Origin: Macrostomum lignano
Taxonomy: Eukaryota
Assembly (NCBI GenBank): GCA_002269645.1
Contig: NIVC01000630.1
Span: 1 to 64,000 of the forward strand
Length of the DNA stretch: 64,000 nt
Direction of reading: 5' to 3'
The position numbers and the translations under genes were made by a program. The notes under the pieces were generated by a model. It saw only the letters and a program-made list of their open reading frames with translations. It searched no databases and was not told the DNA's origin. Positions 57,705 to 64,000 of the stretch are shown here, piece after piece; position 1 is the first letter of the stretch; each line of letters opens with the position of its first letter.

Positions 57705-57777
57705 CGACCCTGGCAGGACTCGAACCTGCAATCTTCTGATTCGAAGTCAGACGCCTTATCCATTAGGCCACAGGGCC
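57705..57777 (-). tRNA. trnR-UCG: tRNA-Arg(UCG), copy 1 (A37)
   Basis: GGCCCTGTGGCCTAATGGATAAGGCGTCTGACTTCGAATCAGAAGATTGCAGGTTCGAGTCCTGCCAGGGTCG; full cloverleaf with a downstream T-run. Confidence 0.97.
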
Positions 57778-58791
57778 GCCAGTTCAAGTTGGCAGCGATC
57801 CTTCTAGACTATCGATTGAGACTCAATTTAGTTTTGAGCAGTTGATCGCGGAACGAAGCCTTGGTCTAAGGGTCAGTAGAGTAAAGTTGCAGTTTAGACA
57901 CGACTCTGACTGACTCAGTCTTGGACCTGGGGCTGCTTGCTCAATCGATTGGTTGATTGTTGCTTGATCTACATGTAGAGAGTCAGGGGCTGCACGCAGT
58001 GCGGTTCTAAAGCTGCATGGCTAAATCTGGATTGAGAGCAGATGTTGCTTGTCGAATTCAACGGCTTCTTAGCTGCTGATAGTAGCGTATTACGTGTATA
58101 AGGTATCGGTTTTTAGCTTTATTCTAGGAAAATTGTTATTAACAATGCACGAAAAAGCTTTGAAAATATCACAGCATCAGTTGTCGCAATGCTGCGATAA
58201 TGGCATTTAAAAATAGTTTCTTACACGTATGCTTAACCAATCAAAAATTCATATCTCCGTCATGTAATTATCAGACACACGGTAGCTGATATTTTCAGAA
58301 AATTTCCAAGAAACAATGTTTTTGAGTTTCCATGCTTTGTACATTCGGTTTTGTATTAATCCAATAGATAGTCCAGCTCATGGCCGCGGGGCAGATGTGA
58401 GAGGAAAGGAGAGGGAATGTAAGGGAGAAGAACAAAGAGCAGATTGAGATAGATTGAAGAGAAGATCTGAGCAGAGAAGAGAGAGGAGATGACGAAATTT
58501 TTGCTAGAAAATATAAGAGAGGAGAGAGGATAGAGTAGAGGGGAGAGATGAGAGAATGGAGATGAGAAGAGACAAACCCTAAGCAGGCCGGATTGCTATT
58601 GTGAAGCTTTAAAAGGCCCCATGGCCGGGGAGAGAGGCTTCGCGAGCCATACGAGCCGTATGTGTACAAATTTACAGGACATGCAAGCAGCTCCTGCATA
58701 GAAAAGCTTTACACTAACTAATCGCTACTTTTGTTTTACTTTATAGACAAAGAAACAAAGACGGATTTAAAAAAAATATTGGCGATCCAAA

Positions 58792-58864
58792 CGACCCTGG
58801 CAGGACTCGAACCTGCAATCTTCTGATTCGAAGTCAGACGCCTTATCCATTAGGCCACAGGGCC
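58792..58864 (-). tRNA. trnR-UCG: tRNA-Arg(UCG), copy 2 (A37)
   Basis: Identical to copy 1; long T-run terminator. Confidence 0.97.
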
Positions 58865-59064
58865 GCCAGTTCAAGTCAGTGGCTATTGTTCTACACTATA
58901 TTTTTACTTCTGAGATCGCTTCCACGGGCCAGAGGGTTGATCCAACAAGCTCAATGCATGCGGGTTTGGGGTTTCACAATAGAATTTAAAATACTATTGT
59001 TAGTACTACTACTACTGTAGTAGCAGTGGTAGCTCATTATAAGAAAATATCTATATATGTATAT

Positions 59065-59850
59065 GAGGATCAAACCAAGCAGTCCGATCACACTCTGATC
59101 AATGATCAAACCAAGCAGTCTGATCACACTCTGATCAATGATCAAACCAAGCAGTCTGATCACACTCTGATCAAGGATCAAACCAAGCAGTCCGATCACA
59201 CTCTGATCAATGATCAAACCAAGCAGTCCGATCACACTCTGATCAATGATCAAACCAAGCAGTCCGATCACACTCTGATCAATGATCAAACCAAGCAGTC
59301 TGATCACACTCTGATCAATGATCAAACCAAGCAGTCCGATCACACTCTGATCAATGATCAAACCAAGCAGTCCGATCACACTCTGATCAATGATCAAACC
59401 AAGCAGTCCGATCACACTCTGATCAATGATCAAACCAAGCAGTCCGATCACACTCTGATCAATGATCAAACCAAGCAGTCCGATCACACTCTGATCAATG
59501 ATCAAACCAAGCAGTCCGATCACACTCTGATCAATGATCAAACCAAGCAGTCTGATCACACTCTGATCAATGATCAAACCAAGCAGTCTGATCACACTCT
59601 GATCAATGATCAAACCAAGCAGTCCGATCACACTCTGATCAATGATCAAACCAAGCAGTCTGATCACACTCTGATCAATGATCAAACCAAGCAGTCTGAT
59701 CACACTCTGATCAATGATCAAACCAAGCAGTCTGATCACACTCTAATCAAGGAACCAAACTGCCTGATCTGATCACACTCTGATCAAGGATCAAACCAAG
59801 CAGTCTGATCACACTCTGATCAATGATCAAACCAAGCAGTCTGATCACAC
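59065..59850. repeat. 36-bp minisatellite (gatcaaaccaagcagtc(c/t)gatcacactctgatcaat)n, ~21 copies
   Basis: Lies between tRNA copies 2 and 3. Confidence 0.96.
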
Positions 59851-60094
59851 TCCGATTGAGGAACCATCGAGTCAATCATTCTGGTGGTATTCTGTTAAAC
59901 CATGAGACCTAGTCATTAGACCCGAATACTGTGTGATCGTACAGTTAGCTCGTATACCAGTCGCATATGGTGAGAAGTTTTTCCAACCTTCTGTTAGTAG
60001 CTTACTATCTCCGTTGAAATAACTTGGAATAAATTATTATTAATAGTTTTATATCTAGCTAAATGCGGACAAAAAAAGTTTTCCGGCCAAAGCC

Positions 60095-60167
60095 CGACCC
60101 TGGCAGGACTCGAACCTGCAATCTTCTGATTCGAAGTCAGACGCCTTATCCATTAGGCCACAGGGCC
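60095..60167 (-). tRNA. trnR-UCG: tRNA-Arg(UCG), copy 3 (A37)
   Basis: Identical to copy 1; T-runs downstream. Confidence 0.97.
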
Positions 60168-60906
60168 GCCAGTTCAAGTCAGCAGCGATCCTTCTAGACT
60201 AGCTTATAAGGATCCCGCGGAGAAAGCTTATGAGCCGAGGCTGAAAAAAACAGCTGCACGCTCTTTGCATGCTAACTACGCGAGTGCAGCTAGCTGAGTG
60301 ATCTTTGAAACTTGAGCGGCTGTTGACTTGAAGTGTGCTTATATACTCGTATAGCTAAACGGCTAGATTTGAACGGTTAAATCCCCGCTAAGAAATTGAT
60401 AGATATTTTTCTATTGTCTATATCGAATCATTCTACTTTCGCCTCGTAAGTAGCAAGTAGCGACTCCTCTGCCTTCAGTGCGACCTCTGGCTTCGGTGCA
60501 ACTACTGCCTTCGGTGCGACCGCTTTCGACTTGACTACAGCCTCTGACGCAGCTCTCGGTGCATAGCTCTATAGCGCAGCCTCTTATGCAGCCCTGGGTG
60601 TGACCCCCGCCTTTTGGTTGAGATGAGAACATGATGAGATACAGCATACAGCACATGTATTTAAGCAAGGGTTGTTGCTTCTTAAAGACAAGACTTTATA
60701 GTGATATTCGGTCAATGTGAATCGAGCGGTTTTCGAAAGTAACAACATATGCAAGTGAAAGGCTAAGCATGAATTAATTTATCAACATGAAAAAAGCATC
60801 CGTGACTTACGTTTGCTTAATAGTTGCTCTAAATCAAAATATTTCTAAACAATCTAAAATTGATAGATTAATCGTAGAAAAGAAGGAAGAAATTATAAAA
60901 AACCTC

Positions 60907-60979
60907 CGACCCTGGCAGGACTCGAACCTGCAATCTTCTGATCCGAAGTCAGACGCCTTATCCATTAGGCCACAGGGCC
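60907..60979 (-). tRNA. trnR-UCG: tRNA-Arg(UCG), copy 4 (G37 isodecoder)
   Basis: Anticodon loop CTTCGGA rather than CTTCGAA; otherwise identical; T6 terminator. Confidence 0.97.
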
Positions 60980-61218
60980 TACGGGTTAATGGCCGTGAAA
61001 GTGAAATTACGCTCGTATTTATCTTTCGGTAATAAGCGATATTTTATTATTTAACGATAAAAATTCAAATTCAATCATTTCACCGATGTTATTATTGACA
61101 CTACAAAATGTCGGGAACTGAAAAAGTACTTAATGTCACCATGGATTTTATGTTGGGTGGACAACACCAAGAATTCTACATGCACATGCAATTCTACATG
61201 TGCATGTTAAATTCCTAC

Positions 61219-61797
61219 GCAACAACAAATTAAAGTACTTCACCCGCCAGCCACGCAGTGGCCAGAAAGGGGGGGGGAGAAGTCAGAGAGCGCGTCTCTG
61301 GGCCATAGTAGCACTCAGAAAGTCACCCCCAGCTTGGTCCGGGGCCAGCATCGGTCAAAAGCCTGTCAGGATTTCTCGCCGTTCGCCGTTGGCCTCGCCT
61401 GCGCGGTCCCTGCAGCTTGAGCAGCAGCACCTCGTGCAGCGGCTCAGGGCAGCGAGCCTTCGACCGGATGACGTGGCCAACCAGACGAAGTCGCCGCCGC
61501 CCGCCCGCAGCAGGTCAGAAGGCCGCATCAAGCGTTCCCTTGTTTGGAGCGCGGCGTTGGTCTCGCTGCCTGGACCGCTGCGCACTCTGAACGCCGCACG
61601 CAGTATGGCCGCATGTGCAGCGTCCAGCTGCCTCTCCAAAGCATCCGTCAGGGTCCGGGTCTCGGCGTTGTACAACAAGACAGTCTCAACGACTGCCTGA
61701 AACAGCTACCGAGCCTTGAGCCCGTCATCCAGGGCCTCAGAATGGAGCACGGAGCACACAGAACGAAACGCGGCCCAGGACAGTCCTCGTCGTACAC
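61219..61797 (-). mobile_element. 5'-truncated RTE-like LINE with an 11-bp target-site duplication
   Basis: LFQAVVETVLLYNAETRTLTDALERQLDAAH is homologous to 47.6-48.1 kb. TSD taaattcctac at 61208-61218 and 61798-61808; short (TTG)n tail. Confidence 0.88.
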
Positions 61798-64000
61798 TAA
61801 ATTCCTACATGTGCACTATTTTGAGAATCAGTGTTGTCAGTGCTCATTTTGGTGCCACAGGCACTCATTTTGGAGCCGCAGACGCTATATTTTGGCGCCC
61901 TGAAACAAAATTACAGATTTTCTCAAGGGTCACAACTCACAAGTGAAGTGGGGGGACAAAGCATTAGCATGTCCTTCGCGGGTATAGCTTTTACTGGTGC
62001 GACGCCCGTGACTTGGCTTGATTTTCGTATTCGGAAATCCATGCGAGATATTGGTCATACATGTAGCAGCAAATCATACTGAGGGCACACAATATTTAAA
62101 GTTTAAATTTATGGTCTTACATGTAAATGTAATTTTTTGTTGTCTTCACTTCTCTCGCACTTAATAGCCCCTCTTTGTTACTGCTTTTTGCTTAGTCCAT
62201 GATGTAAGACACGAACGCGCTTACGAACGCTGGCTGTAGGACTTATTTAGTTAGCCGTTGAGAACTAGCGCAAAAGTAGTAATTGTGGAGTGTAGTCAAT
62301 ACCTTAATATATTTGCTTCCAAAGAAATAAAAAATCCTGATTTTAATAACATCATATTTGTTTCGCAGAAAGATGTTTATCTTTGGAGGCCGGATTATGG
62401 GAAGCGTTTGGCTATTCGCTACTTAAAAAAATAGTAGTCACGGTTCCATTGGCATCCTGAGCCAAAAATATTGATAGCAAAATGATAGTCATTTGTTATG
62501 AATAACATTTTGACATCGCAGGTCCAAAGTCAACAAGATTCCACATCATCCTTATAGCCCCAGAGAACCTAAAAGCAGAAATGATAAACAAATCGACAAC
62601 AAAAATCAAACAAAATTGATGCTGACGCGCACGAAGCAAACGGGCAATAAATATAGATCATAGGATGTAATATTTACTTGTTTATTTGTAAACTCACTTA
62701 TGCATCAGATGGAGGGTCGAAACGCATAAAAATTGGATATTTTTGTTTTGATAAATAGATTTAAAAGAGGGCTGCTGTATGAGTCGGATTATAGGTCATA
62801 TTTGTGTATTAAGAAGTGGCCAAGTTGATTTTATTTATTTACAATTCACTAAACAACAAAGACAGTGTTTAACGACAGTAGCACGAAACCATAGCGATAT
62901 AAATTATCTATAAACGTTGAGACACTTAAATATTAAACATTGCCGTATGAACGAGACTTTATAACAAACAGACGTGTTGGTTATGCGAAAGCAGAGTGTT
63001 GCAAATTTGACTTTATTAACAATAGAGAATTCAAACACAGCTAGGTATATGCGCTAGATACGAAGAAAGAAAAAAACTGATGGATTATTTCTGATTCATC
63101 AAATATATATATATATTTACCTTCCTGTTCCTATTAGTAAATTATTCGAATTACTCCGATTCAGGCCCACTATCAGCTCGAGATGTCTTCGTGTTCGGGG
63201 GATTACTGACTCGTACCTTGCATTGCAACACTAGCAGCTGTAAAATACTATGGTTGGTTAATGAGGACTTTTTTAATCAATAAAAGAAAAAAGAAGCCTT
63301 CCGAGACATTGACGCTTACATTTTTTAGGAAAAGCAACAAGGGTAAACAGAAAAATATGAAACAGGAATAAGCAGATACATGACAAAAACGATTGCGAAC
63401 AATAAAGGGCAAAAACTCTAGAGAACTATCGAAGTGAAAAACACACCGCCTGTCTGCCGATTAAACACAATTTTAATTGTGCTGTTTAGTTTTACGATGA
63501 AAATCCAGACATTCACAAACGAAAGTCAACAACTTTATGGGTATCAGATAAGAAATCAACATTTAGTAGTAGCAGAAAAAAAGAGAAAATGGATGACAAT
63601 TGACAAGGGGGGGCAGTGTGTGATGCCTAATTTTACATACAATAATAGAAATATTAATTATAAGTAATCCTGGAAAAAACAGAAGCCACTTTGACTGCGC
63701 TTTAATTTCGACCATTTCAGCTAATTCTCTTTAACAACAGCTTCTTTGAGCAGCTGGTGAAGAATTTGTTTTAGCTATAAAACGACACCAAGTTTGTCAA
63801 GATCGAATCGGTCGGCTCGGCTCCTACGAGAGGGGCTTCCTAAATCACCAGTGTTCATTGGCCAAACACAAGCAGTTAATCAAATGCACAGTCTGTGCAC
63901 TCCGCGTAAGGATGACGGAAAGGGAAAGAGGGGACTGATCGATTTTATGGTCAAACCCTTCTCAATTCAAAGTTTATTAGGGTAAAACCCTCCTTTGCTT

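Noticed and set aside
60411-60668. Ala/Lys/Pro-rich minus-strand segment (KAVAPKAVVAPKPE) resembling a histone H1 tail
   Set aside because: Short, interrupted by stops, and no globular domain nearby.
63740-63990. Possible exon fragment (DTKFVKIE, phosducin/thioredoxin-like)
   Set aside because: Surrounded by stops in every frame and too short to assign.

Overview
Eukaryotic, repeat-rich animal genomic DNA. The taxon is inferred, not shown: a lophotrochozoan, plausibly a free-living flatworm such as Macrostomum. The clues are an anion-type nAChR, GC-rich exons in AT-rich DNA and introns filled with private minisatellites. Intact spliced genes reconstructed by hand: a small coiled-coil gene (22.9-24.9 kb, +), a complete 8-exon non-alpha nicotinic-family Cys-loop subunit with the anion-selective Pro-Ala motif (26.4-33.2 kb, -), an intronless divergent TRPV-like channel (43.1-44.9 kb, +) and a Gyc88E-like atypical soluble guanylate cyclase (49.0-55.0 kb, +). 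Disrupted genes: an OTU-domain gene running off the left edge, a sortilin/VPS10 receptor with three frameshifts, a Dpy-30-motif gene and a TRPV paralogue fragment. Four tRNA-Arg(UCG) genes lie at 57.7-61.0 kb. Repeats: a 3.3-kb tandem duplication ending in a long hairpin, a 9.6-kb 118-bp satellite, a 3.8-kb 33-bp minisatellite, more than 15 smaller mini/microsatellites, two tRNA-derived SINE families and several LINE fragments. Most notable leads: (1) a SINE family carrying a hammerhead-ribozyme-like core (3 copies, non-canonical); (2) a possible Helitron/Helentron context for OTU + hairpin + satellite; (3) a minisatellite made from an exon/splice-donor junction; (4) residue-level predictions for the channels and cyclase. 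All family assignments rest on manual motif comparison with remembered family sequences; no searches were run. No CRISPR array or rRNA was seen.
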